DNA from: a virus
Virus record (IMG/VR): IMGVR_UViG_3300042308_000216
Location: 31,878-95,877 of that record
Length of the DNA: 64,000 nucleotides
Reading direction: 5' to 3' (one strand)
Positions 30,401 through 36,877 of this stretch are shown one piece after another (position 1 is the first letter of the stretch; every line of letters starts with the position of its first letter). A model generated the notes under the pieces. It ran no database searches. It saw nothing but the letters and a program-made list of their open reading frames with translations, and was not told the origin of the DNA. The translations under genes and the position numbers were made by a program.

Positions 30401-32407
30401 TCAGGAGCAGGTTATGTATTTGGATTTGAAGGTAAAAATAGAACTATACCTCATTCTACTTATGCAGCACCTATTAAAGGTACATTACCATCTATAACAA
30501 CAAGTATGGATGGTGAGACATTAGCAGCTGGTTCTTATAGAGTTTCAATTACTATGAGAAGAGTTATGCCTTTAGAGCAAGGTATGCCTAGTAAACCAAA
30601 TACAGTTAATACCATATCTAAAACTCAACCTGTTGAAACTAGTACTGAAGAAATTCAACAAAACTTAGCTGAACCTACACCTCAACCTCAGAAGAGTACA
30701 TTTACATATAAAAATAAAACTATAGAAACTGAGTTTAAACTAACAAATGGTCAAGTAAATGCAATAGAAAGACTTACTGATTTTGCATTAGGTAACACTA
30801 AAACAATTACATTGCAAGGAGCTGCTGGTACAGGTAAAACATCTGTTATAGGTTACTTACAAAAGTTCCTAGGTGACAACTATAACTTTATTTATATGGC
30901 ACCTACACATGCAGCAACTGCTGAGTTAGCAACTGCTACAGTTAAGTCAGGTAATAGAGATTTACCTATGACTGTACAATCTGCATTTAATAAAAGACAG
31001 AATCAAGATACTGGTGAGTGGGAATATGGTACTACTAAAAAGTTAAATAATAAATTAGAGTATACAGATAATATTATTGTAATAGATGAAGTATCTATGT
31101 TAGCTGATAAAGACTACAACATAATACTAGATGCTATTAAAAAGAAACAGATTCAAGTTATCTTTATGGGTGACATACTTCAGATACCTGAAGTTGATAC
31201 TAATAATCCAGAAAGAAAAAGTGTATCAAAAGCATTTTCTGCTAATGAGCAAGTATTACTTACTGAAGTAAAAAGAACTGATGATAATGATATACTTACA
31301 ATCTTAACAGAACTTAGAAACAACCCAACAAGTTTAATACCAGTAATACCAAATAGTAATAGATTACAGTATTTAGACCAAGGAGAGTTTGATAATCAAA
31401 TAGTAGAAACTATTAGAATAGAACCTGAAGAAACTGTACTACTTAGCTATACAAATAATGGTGTTAAAGACAGTAATAGAAAATTAAGAAGAGCATTAGG
31501 TAGAGTTGGTAATCTACAAGAAAATGATATTATAGTTGGTTTTTCAGGTTACAAGTCTAAGCAAATTGAAAAAGGAAACATTGCTAATAGTGTTAGATAC
31601 ACTGTAGAAAATGTTGAAAAAGATGGTAGTAATTATATTATAACAGCAAAATCTCAAAAGCTAAAGGCTTTAGAAGATTTAGGTGTAAAGAATGTAAATG
31701 AATATGCAGTAGGTACATACAAACAATTATCAGCAAATGATTCTTTAGTATTTGAAGACCTTACTAATGAAGACCTTGAAAAAAACAATAGAGATGTTTC
31801 AGAAATATTAAAACTAGTTTATGATACTAAGCAAGCTGCTGTAGCTAGAAGAATTAGATGGAATGTATATGATGCTGCTTTAGCTAAAGCATCTATGTAT
31901 TTTGAAAATGTTAATTTAGGTAGTGACTATGTTTATAATCCAAATACAAATAGAATGGAGTTATACAACTATATAGTTCATGGTGACATACTTAAAAACT
32001 TTGCAGAGTTAAAAGTAGAAAAAGGTATTGACTATGGTCATGCTATTACTATACATAAATCTCAAGGTAGTACAATCAAGAATGTATTTTTTGATGCTAG
32101 TACTTTACCTCAAGGAACATCTTCTAAATTAATACAGAATGGTAATCAAATAAGTACTGAGAAGCATTCTTTAATCTATGTAGCTCTATCAAGAGCATCT
32201 AATATGTTAGTAATTAATAAATCAAATATTAGTAATTTCTATACATTGAACAAAGATTCTAGAAACACAACAGATAATTCAATATCTTTGCCAAAAGATT
32301 TAGGTATGGACAATCTTGAATTTATGAAAGATTTAGATAAACAAGAAAGAGCTGCATATCGTAAATTATTTAATGATGGCACTTTTAAAGTAAAATGTAA
32401 TGGGTAA
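21461..32407 (+). CDS. virion-packaged RNA polymerase (phi14:2 gp66-like) fused to zincin, NADAR, SLOG, AlkB and SF1B helicase domains
   Basis: Catalytic QMGSDFDIDKLY (DFDID 25370-25384), GFRIPTQG, TDAQEY; HEVTH at 28346; NADAR SVEHAYQ; SLOG HSGGAVGSD and GGTGYAV; AlkB HPD..H..RVSITMR; helicase GAAGTGKT, DEVSM, HKSQGST, YVALSRA. Confidence 0.92.
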   Translation: MSNCQTTFQDRTIPSGDFEFQIASNQIDLSPTDKSDLDTMSLLTLDLSTIPLLSPDKINSAQQEEMINWLTGEVINFSLNNAVKGVDEKELINNAFNDASELLKSGALQAVELGIPILEERINSILEVYDKLKEIVQIRVNNFGIDFEADAVTPEDATENYEEDKALKVNPYTKIGQEIKRQLFTIYDLDSLQEDGSYTEDDVKRTWFGFPAYKSINQVLPTILSHSKDLPAEFDVIKAKMLDSKDANKWFVPLLDKLSEADGQVRNQFSRWASKAQINLKYLLFDTKTNEFQFNNSNSGRQVDIITNKWKNNLIQTELFKINPDTNEYELDREKADAITKNFEAFSEKYKMLKENYPEELFTELADILKSIGVDIKPREIKRMQRFLDTQGTKWGNSPRAKFSQFFVADKGAVDFMIQRLSKADKEAEGSFNKYNPLSNNTGVRALTLLYSYYQEISTNDSYKNSNNDTIYAYSPKKYATDQFQRIADTAYLGRLMETQFASNSTWGKALMSEDPDTRARFLEVFTLDYFDGATGKGSKLNTPFDQLSASEREKFLLTCFQNQNRKVQSKYRYGSTSYLTMSDKKTLISVQHILEDVDINPETNKLGSKSIDLLYQVFKAEQQRIREFEALSAENKKGLSKEYVKGAKEYILNPWVTKYKAEGKELDSSEDVKIAIEEYYNDIINTKIATWKEVGIISTDNEDNITTTFDKEYFENVKNSKVGSKANINAAIAYAAIDYEVNTIIGNLNLFQLFAGDPASYWKNNVDDTLVNVGKRLAAQIAPGDSLANTRYTDIAGINGHSYTQVIAKDHKMISSSIKYLTKLLDGKEVTDKEIEDYRAGNTKAIEEKYPNAAAYFDIEATDAQEYTTALEHAYNLYHEGKLSDKVYKDLANKLINDRELSDSDVKVLMQPMKPVYFNGDVKSAGTGSLNYYDMSYIKTSSFPLLKEFTVGTELDKLRKQLEKLQDPTGSKDPSQIKLVRMVMSSGIKIGAVQNPVTVFNPDGTVNPDIDFTSSTKSLTRDGYRIQLEVPLKDKKEVNRGTQEIKLLFTDLLDHKFANGKTGQQLKTEYLDLNRQLFKTQLEIFKNQIDADEKGEFNIQLLRDKLVEEAQSRNFSLNEIESLRLVDLDSEGKFVIPLVFNSASDKFESLMISLIDNSVRKQKQTGYSSPLGSSSGFKFQNDLKSIDKSKIIWVEGFDPSGDLKQQRIVDGKVRGSQVFVPWKFRDNNGKLLNAKDFTKELPDGRIVIDHDKLPKDILKSFGFRIPTQGLNSMAYIEIAGFLPEESGDLLIAPAEFTKQMGSDFDIDKLYSYLYTTEFNYKTGKLEKFVFNNKDVFEILSSTNSSLVTKDNKDYRLKTLIKEFGYIKVAKSLFQFYNSKIDTLKKELDDKWSLHEAFVSNVLDTIDVKEASLDTNKTLINKAFRENEIYVAFLRDELSELRSVISALEKNELDEGVNEYLVDKFDIYVDEVRTESINELLRKEFELNNRLEKSVVIKESLKKFNASISDTVKVALDIKNDIFETKRDLRNILKYTSTLQNEILDMHITVLSDPSDLVQSKVTSALGFGKLGELKKVYDKESKSKAESTSPLSSGYQSQKYLSARGGKAGTGYFSALNVFVSVMQGLGLKYNVSTPVDNGKFAMIEKNLVIHKKGNGLSKNVDNMNNLKSENAVAYQSAAVDDEKEQIMASLNITSETFYAIGAWILDGHSQEAITGILTQPIVAEYINAINNKTDIFSDFTKNADLIVFNELYEKYSKMTGLSQEILNETDFNNTVLSEDVLWNSYKATTKDANWAMTQLTALHKFREADVMGKSIQKTISAFSVDSKGLGKSFIEVGLKLDDIKTERESGKITNIEKLLNQSVGGLAVQYSLETVHQLFSKFYPYLIPESYNKVTFDEYLQVTFKDNLSAEQREKEFRDFYNHMKAGVYANMLQQPGVDLYTRRKELMYGENSLGKRVQELQKTTKNPFLIKLTPNVATIVGDPDTVSMRSIGGELFNEDDLYVGFLDLFNKPENRQLAKDLVDYFYINGGSQKAREFSKYIPTGFMVASGYADSLRSANLFNLSNILGSPQMFLQNYIRNNPSKAPQLNRGDYTMSPDGKVTVTSDQFTYVPKNGVDVGVSTAIPYVSIPEVKVNPDDSIKVTIRLYMYDDQGSYVEIPRLGFTTSNYSGTEYGSRYSAIDSNAVKQRVQNPNTVQEPVRQEASSDPVIPNSIKVAANDFEALNINKVNNKEDVKVTLSIINNSTSKALLDLLDKIGSLTLEATPGNSSYKAGRITIDSRIKDPSVLQTKVLHEVTHAVTSEIINKILLNPNNPNFEGLSESQKLAYMRLNKTFTTLRQSVIDGRVPGLNKEGLELFEAKIDALKKGQKGIDFTPDDVEYNPYLNLKEFLAEAFSNTTFQKQLDAMKFTEDRSMLQKLLEDIANFLNKFVADYNKDNVLASVLYDGFTLAGGNEVNIYFKSGENRILSNLNLNSFTGKDGKRYASVEHAYQSWKSGSFDESTYTSPNWVFNGGDNYKVSGNKGTKTENNWNLDLMKGLIRQSLDQNPNAKQALLNTGDKILTHNQDNTIWKNAFPQILMELRKEYYDAGLSGVNNPSDYVNHSGGAVGSDESWDIIGRQFGVTQHKHYREPGALKLDSAELDSRGIKPVNVSEALYNEGIQKSTRAAQQMYGLKGQIKMNYIIRNWAQVKNADSIYAIGVILKPGNRLNTKDDRIALVPQVKGGTGYAVQMAINEGKPVYVYDGTKNGWFKYDYNIKDFVPTSIPTLTKNFAGIGSRKSQDWNKDLQAIRDVYANTFKVQQDTSTNTGGNPKGEKIADGMYVNQQGLSPQEELELFELVRPILEQQAVKSNKGKSAPKMAGLNLNWDYVSNRRGQQTRINVGETLKPNDTYGWFTQSANGQELYPITGRMIELMSKATGIDVSNYDGSIINIYDSNSFIGNHPDIDESKTAEKYPVVVVNIGGPGNIVLGNKKVDLNSGAGYVFGFEGKNRTIPHSTYAAPIKGTLPSITTSMDGETLAAGSYRVSITMRRVMPLEQGMPSKPNTVNTISKTQPVETSTEEIQQNLAEPTPQPQKSTFTYKNKTIETEFKLTNGQVNAIERLTDFALGNTKTITLQGAAGTGKTSVIGYLQKFLGDNYNFIYMAPTHAATAELATATVKSGNRDLPMTVQSAFNKRQNQDTGEWEYGTTKKLNNKLEYTDNIIVIDEVSMLADKDYNIILDAIKKKQIQVIFMGDILQIPEVDTNNPERKSVSKAFSANEQVLLTEVKRTDDNDILTILTELRNNPTSLIPVIPNSNRLQYLDQGEFDNQIVETIRIEPEETVLLSYTNNGVKDSNRKLRRALGRVGNLQENDIIVGFSGYKSKQIEKGNIANSVRYTVENVEKDGSNYIITAKSQKLKALEDLGVKNVNEYAVGTYKQLSANDSLVFEDLTNEDLEKNNRDVSEILKLVYDTKQAAVARRIRWNVYDAALAKASMYFENVNLGSDYVYNPNTNRMELYNYIVHGDILKNFAELKVEKGIDYGHAITIHKSQGSTIKNVFFDASTLPQGTSSKLIQNGNQISTEKHSLIYVALSRASNMLVINKSNISNFYTLNKDSRNTTDNSISLPKDLGMDNLEFMKDLDKQERAAYRKLFNDGTFKVKCNG
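32283..32290 (+). promoter_or_regulatory. putative Bacteroidota -7 promoter element TATCTTTG(C)
   Basis: TAnnTTTG match about 110 nt before ATG 32400. Confidence 0.35.
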
Positions 32408-35400
32408 AACTTGTAGGGTAATTTCAAATGATGATATTTTTAATTCTTTAGAAGAATTAATGCATCAACATGTAGCAACTGTATTGAGGACTAGATTTGA
32501 GATGGCTAAAGAGGCTGGTACTGCTGATAGAATGTTAACTTTTCTTATTGATAGATACAAAAAGCACAAGAATAGACAGCCAGAAGATAGAATATTTGAT
32601 AACTACAAAGATGCTAGAGACTATTTTTTAAATACAAGACAAAACTATGACCTTGTAAACCCACCTAGAAAGATTGTAGGTAGTGGTAGCTATGCAGTGT
32701 ATTCATACTCAGGTATGCAATATGCTAATATTATCAGTCAGTTATCAGAAAAACTTGATGAAGAACTAAGCTACTATGAAGAAAAAACTATAGAAGAAAT
32801 TAGAACTAAGCAAAAAGAAGCTAATGAAATCTTTAATGATGAAGGTGAATTATATGCTCCTGATGGTGACATTGACTATTCTGTTAGTATAGAATCACAA
32901 TATGACTTTGTACTTAAAAGAAAAAAGGAAGAGATGACTAACCTTGACAGGTTAATTGCTTTAGAAAAGTCTAAAAGAAATACTGAGAATGTTGAGAAAT
33001 TAACTAAGGCTAAAGAAAGATTAGAGGAAGATATTAAAAAACTAATTGATACTCCTAACTTTTCTGATATAATGAATATAGCATCTGATGATTTAGAAGA
33101 GATAAATACTATTTTAGATAAAGATATGCTATCACCACAAGATCTAGTTATTGTAAAAAACAAACTTGAGTTTTGGTTGAGTGATAAATTTAGAGATGCT
33201 TTTTTTACTAGTGCAGATAAGATTAATGAAGTACCTAGTTATAAAGCTTTTTTAGTTAAAAAAGGAGAGTTTGATAGAAAGAGAGTTCAATGGGAAGACT
33301 TAGCTTCTGCTTACATGAATAGTGTTATTAAAGATGTTACTAATAATAACTATACAGTAGAAGAGCTTAAGATAATGAAAAAACAATTACTAGAGATTAA
33401 TATTGGTCAAGGTCAGATGAGAGATTTATCTACTGACTCTAATATCTTTATTCAAGTAATTGATACTAAAATGAAAGAAGCTAGTGAATTTGCTAGACAA
33501 GAGGTACTTACTTTTCAAAAGAAATTAACTGAAGAAACAGAAGCTTTAATAAAAAGAGCAGGTACTAATAATCCTAAGAAATTATATGAACTGTTTTTAC
33601 AATTAGATTCTAAAGGCAACTGGTCTGGTGGTGTTGTAAATAGATTTTCTCAAAAGTTTTTTGATGCTAGACAAGCAATACAAGTTACAGATTGGTCAGA
33701 TACTGAGAAAGTAAAAGCTAAATACAAATGGTTAAAAGAAAACACAATTACTTTTGACCCTCGTAAACTATTTTATGAAGATTACCTAGAAATGGAAGAA
33801 GGTAATCGTCCAGCATTATTTGATGAAGAGTCTAGAGAAGCTCATATACAAGAACTTAAAAGAGAACTTGGTGAAAGAGGCTTTGCTAATTACTTTGAAA
33901 AACAAAAGAAAGTATTTGAAGATTTCAAAGAAAGATATAATGAGCTTAAAAATACTACAGAAGGTACAGAAGAAGAAGTTAAAGCTGCTTTAGATGCATG
34001 GAAAAAAGAATGGTCTCCATTCTACTACCTTGATAAAACAACAGGTGCTAATGTAAGTGCTGGTAAATTTTTAGGTTATAATTATATTGTAAGTGTACCT
34101 AGAAGATTTAAAAGAGATGGTGAGCCTACTGGTTGGTATGATAAAAACTTTGATAGAATTGAAGCAGACCCTGATTATTTAAAATACTATGAATTCTTAA
34201 CAGATTCTCTACAGAAGTTTAAAGCATACTACCCATCAGATAATGAGTTACAAACAAATTACTTACCTGAGCTTAGAGAAACCCAAGTATTAAAACAATT
34301 CTTTACTAATCCATTAGCATTAAAATCTAATCTATATGATTTCTTTATAGACCAGACAGCAGAAAATGAGATATTCCAAGATCAAACAGATTCTATGGGT
34401 AATCTTATTAGAATATTACCTGCACATATGATGTCTAATAATATGTCAAAACTAAGTGCAATAGAAAAAAGAATACTTGTTGATGAAGCAGTTAAGAAAA
34501 TACCTGATACTACTAGTGTAGAGTTTAAAGCTTTATTGCAACAAATGCAGTATGATGCAATACAAAAGAAACTTAAAGAAAAATCTTTTGATTTATTTAA
34601 AGTATTATCAGCACATGCTGTAACAGCAGAAACTTACAAACATAAAACTAGAACAGAAGATTTTCTTAGAATAGCAAAAGACTTTGTTTATAATGCAGAA
34701 AGAATAAATGTAACTGCTAATGGACAAACAAGTTCTTCTATCATGGGTTTCAATACACAAAAAGATGGTTTAAGAAATCTAATTAATGCTTTTGATTATG
34801 CTGTAGATTCTTGGTATGGTTTAAATAAAAATAAAAAACCGGGTAAACTAGTAGCTAAAGATTTAGAATCTAAAAAGAAAATAGAAGACTATGAAGCCAG
34901 TTTAAAACAGTTAAAAGAGTCAGAGCAAGATGACGAAACTGTAAAAAAAATCAAGGCTATTGAAGAAAATATTAGATCATTACAAAAAATATTTATCACT
35001 TCAAATGCTTCAGACTCTGTGCTTAAATATATCCATATAAAGTCTATGGGTTGGAATCCATTCTCTGCAGTAACTAACTTAGGTTTTGGTTTTATATCTA
35101 ACTATACACATGCAGCAGGTGAGCAAGACTTTACTTCTGAAGAACTTAATAAAGCATATGCTTATTTACTAAACAATGTTTTCAGAGCAACAAGAGCTGT
35201 TAATATGAAAACTGCAGTTAAGATAAGCCAGCTTATGATGGAGTATGGTGTAGTTGGAGATATTAGAGAAGGTACTGGTAGTCATGCTATTAAAGGTATT
35301 AAAGAAAAATTTAAAATTCTATTACCTTATGAAATGACTAGTAGAGCAGAGTTTGTTAACCAAGGTTCTACATTTATAGCAATGATGCTTAATACAAAAA

Positions 35401-36263
35401 ATATTAAAGATTTAGCTAATAATGACAGAACTCTATTTGATGCTTACACATTAGATGCTGATAATAACCTTATATGGAATGAAGCTGAATTTGGTCCACA
35501 AGAAGCATGGCAATCTTTAGGTAAAAATAAAACTGCTTTTAAATTAAAAGTAGAAGCTGTTAAAAAGATTATTCATGGTAACTATGACCCTAATAGTCCT
35601 GTTGCAATTAAAAAGACAGCTTTAGGTAGAGCACTAATGATGTTTAGAAACTGGGTAGCTGAAGGTTTTGCTAACAGGTTTGAATCTGAATATGAAAATA
35701 TTAAGTTAGGTAGACAAGTAAAAGGTAGATATAATTCTTTTTATAATGCTAAAACAAAAGAAGGTGAACCTGTTGGTATTGGTAGGTCAATAAGCTTAAC
35801 TTTACAAGAGATGGCTAGAATATTTACAAAAGGAATGTATAATTCTAAAGGTGTTAATGCTCTTACAGATGTAGATAAAGCTAACCTCAAGAAAAATGCC
35901 ATGGAGTTAAATATTTATTTATCTATACTAGCATTGACTATGTTACTTAAATATATGAAAGATGATGATGATGAAGAAGATGCTATGTTTTTAACTTTTA
36001 TGATTAATAATCTTAATAGACTTCAAACTGATATAACTTTCTATACTAGTCCATTATCTTTTGAAAAACTACAAAGAAATAGTATTCCTGCTTTTGGATT
36101 TATTACTGATATTGCTAGATTAAATAAAGCTGCTTACAAATATATTATGGGTAGAGATGGTGAAAATGGCTCTACTACTTTTTTAGAATCTTTCTTTAGA
36201 GTCTTTCCTATGGGATTTGCTTACTACAGAACAGAAGCTCTTTTAGAAGAAGTACAAGAATAA
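32400..36263 (+). CDS. large ejected cargo protein with C-terminal membrane segment
   Basis: 1287 aa helical protein after the vRNAP; IHGNYD...LGRALMMFRNW motif and hydrophobic LNIYLSILALTMLL followed by an acidic DDDDEED run, typical of the last crAss-like ejection protein. Confidence 0.75.
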   Translation: MGKTCRVISNDDIFNSLEELMHQHVATVLRTRFEMAKEAGTADRMLTFLIDRYKKHKNRQPEDRIFDNYKDARDYFLNTRQNYDLVNPPRKIVGSGSYAVYSYSGMQYANIISQLSEKLDEELSYYEEKTIEEIRTKQKEANEIFNDEGELYAPDGDIDYSVSIESQYDFVLKRKKEEMTNLDRLIALEKSKRNTENVEKLTKAKERLEEDIKKLIDTPNFSDIMNIASDDLEEINTILDKDMLSPQDLVIVKNKLEFWLSDKFRDAFFTSADKINEVPSYKAFLVKKGEFDRKRVQWEDLASAYMNSVIKDVTNNNYTVEELKIMKKQLLEINIGQGQMRDLSTDSNIFIQVIDTKMKEASEFARQEVLTFQKKLTEETEALIKRAGTNNPKKLYELFLQLDSKGNWSGGVVNRFSQKFFDARQAIQVTDWSDTEKVKAKYKWLKENTITFDPRKLFYEDYLEMEEGNRPALFDEESREAHIQELKRELGERGFANYFEKQKKVFEDFKERYNELKNTTEGTEEEVKAALDAWKKEWSPFYYLDKTTGANVSAGKFLGYNYIVSVPRRFKRDGEPTGWYDKNFDRIEADPDYLKYYEFLTDSLQKFKAYYPSDNELQTNYLPELRETQVLKQFFTNPLALKSNLYDFFIDQTAENEIFQDQTDSMGNLIRILPAHMMSNNMSKLSAIEKRILVDEAVKKIPDTTSVEFKALLQQMQYDAIQKKLKEKSFDLFKVLSAHAVTAETYKHKTRTEDFLRIAKDFVYNAERINVTANGQTSSSIMGFNTQKDGLRNLINAFDYAVDSWYGLNKNKKPGKLVAKDLESKKKIEDYEASLKQLKESEQDDETVKKIKAIEENIRSLQKIFITSNASDSVLKYIHIKSMGWNPFSAVTNLGFGFISNYTHAAGEQDFTSEELNKAYAYLLNNVFRATRAVNMKTAVKISQLMMEYGVVGDIREGTGSHAIKGIKEKFKILLPYEMTSRAEFVNQGSTFIAMMLNTKNIKDLANNDRTLFDAYTLDADNNLIWNEAEFGPQEAWQSLGKNKTAFKLKVEAVKKIIHGNYDPNSPVAIKKTALGRALMMFRNWVAEGFANRFESEYENIKLGRQVKGRYNSFYNAKTKEGEPVGIGRSISLTLQEMARIFTKGMYNSKGVNALTDVDKANLKKNAMELNIYLSILALTMLLKYMKDDDDEEDAMFLTFMINNLNRLQTDITFYTSPLSFEKLQRNSIPAFGFITDIARLNKAAYKYIMGRDGENGSTTFLESFFRVFPMGFAYYRTEALLEEVQE

Positions 36264-36292
36264 AAAAGGGGCATTTAAGCCCCTTCTATTTT
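36262..36292. terminator. bidirectional intrinsic terminator between the convergent late and replication arms
   Basis: aaggggc-atttaa-gcccctt hairpin (36266-36285), A-run on the left, T-rich on the right. Confidence 0.85.
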
Positions 36293-36515
36293 AGTCTATT
36301 GAAACTCCATAATCATTTAGTAACTCATGGAGCATATCTCTAGCATCCTGGTAAGCAGCAGCTGATTTATCATCTAAAGTAGGATCATACTTAAGTTTAC
36401 TTCTTAGCTTTTGGTTTAAATCCCAAAGAACAGCTTTATAATCTGATGCATGTACTGCATCATGAAAATCTGTTTGTTCTTCAGGTAAAGTAAATGTTAT
36501 AGTAGCTTTTGCCAT
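36291..36515 (-). CDS. hypothetical phage protein
   Basis: MAKATITFTLPEEQ...LWDLNQKLRSKLKY; start moved to 36515 to avoid overlap with the upstream gene. Confidence 0.7.
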   Translation of the reverse strand: MAKATITFTLPEEQTDFHDAVHASDYKAVLWDLNQKLRSKLKYDPTLDDKSAAAYQDARDMLHELLNDYGVSID

Positions 36516-36516
36516 A

Positions 36517-36855
36517 TTAATAAATTTTATAAAACCATTTAACAATTTTAGGAACTCTAGCTAATTGCTCATATGCTCTTTTACAATTGTTATCTAAATT
36601 AATATGTAAATTTCTTAATCTTACATTTTCAGCTTTTAATTCCATTACTTGCTTAGAGTATTCCTTAATTTTAACATTAAGTTCTTCTAGCATTCTTTCA
36701 TTAGCACTAAGACCATTCTGTAATGAAATAATCTGAGATACTTTCTCATTAATCAATTCAGATTGTCTATCAATTACTGGTGATGTTACATTAACATCTG
36801 CTACTAATCCATCTACTTGAGGTTTACGTGACCTTCTTCTAGGTTTGTTTTCCAT
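36517..36855 (-). CDS. coiled-coil hypothetical protein
   Basis: Heptad-rich 112-aa ORF in the operon. Confidence 0.65.
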   Translation of the reverse strand: MENKPRRRSRKPQVDGLVADVNVTSPVIDRQSELINEKVSQIISLQNGLSANERMLEELNVKIKEYSKQVMELKAENVRLRNLHINLDNNCKRAYEQLARVPKIVKWFYKIY

Positions 36856-36877
36856 TGCTTATTTATTTGTTTGTTGT

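Noticed and set aside
193-33163. Minus-strand ORFs within the structural arm (e.g. 193-399, 1732-2025, 19835-20326, 26254-26544) and the + ORF 2502-2690
   Set aside because: Shadows of long real genes; no recognisable motifs
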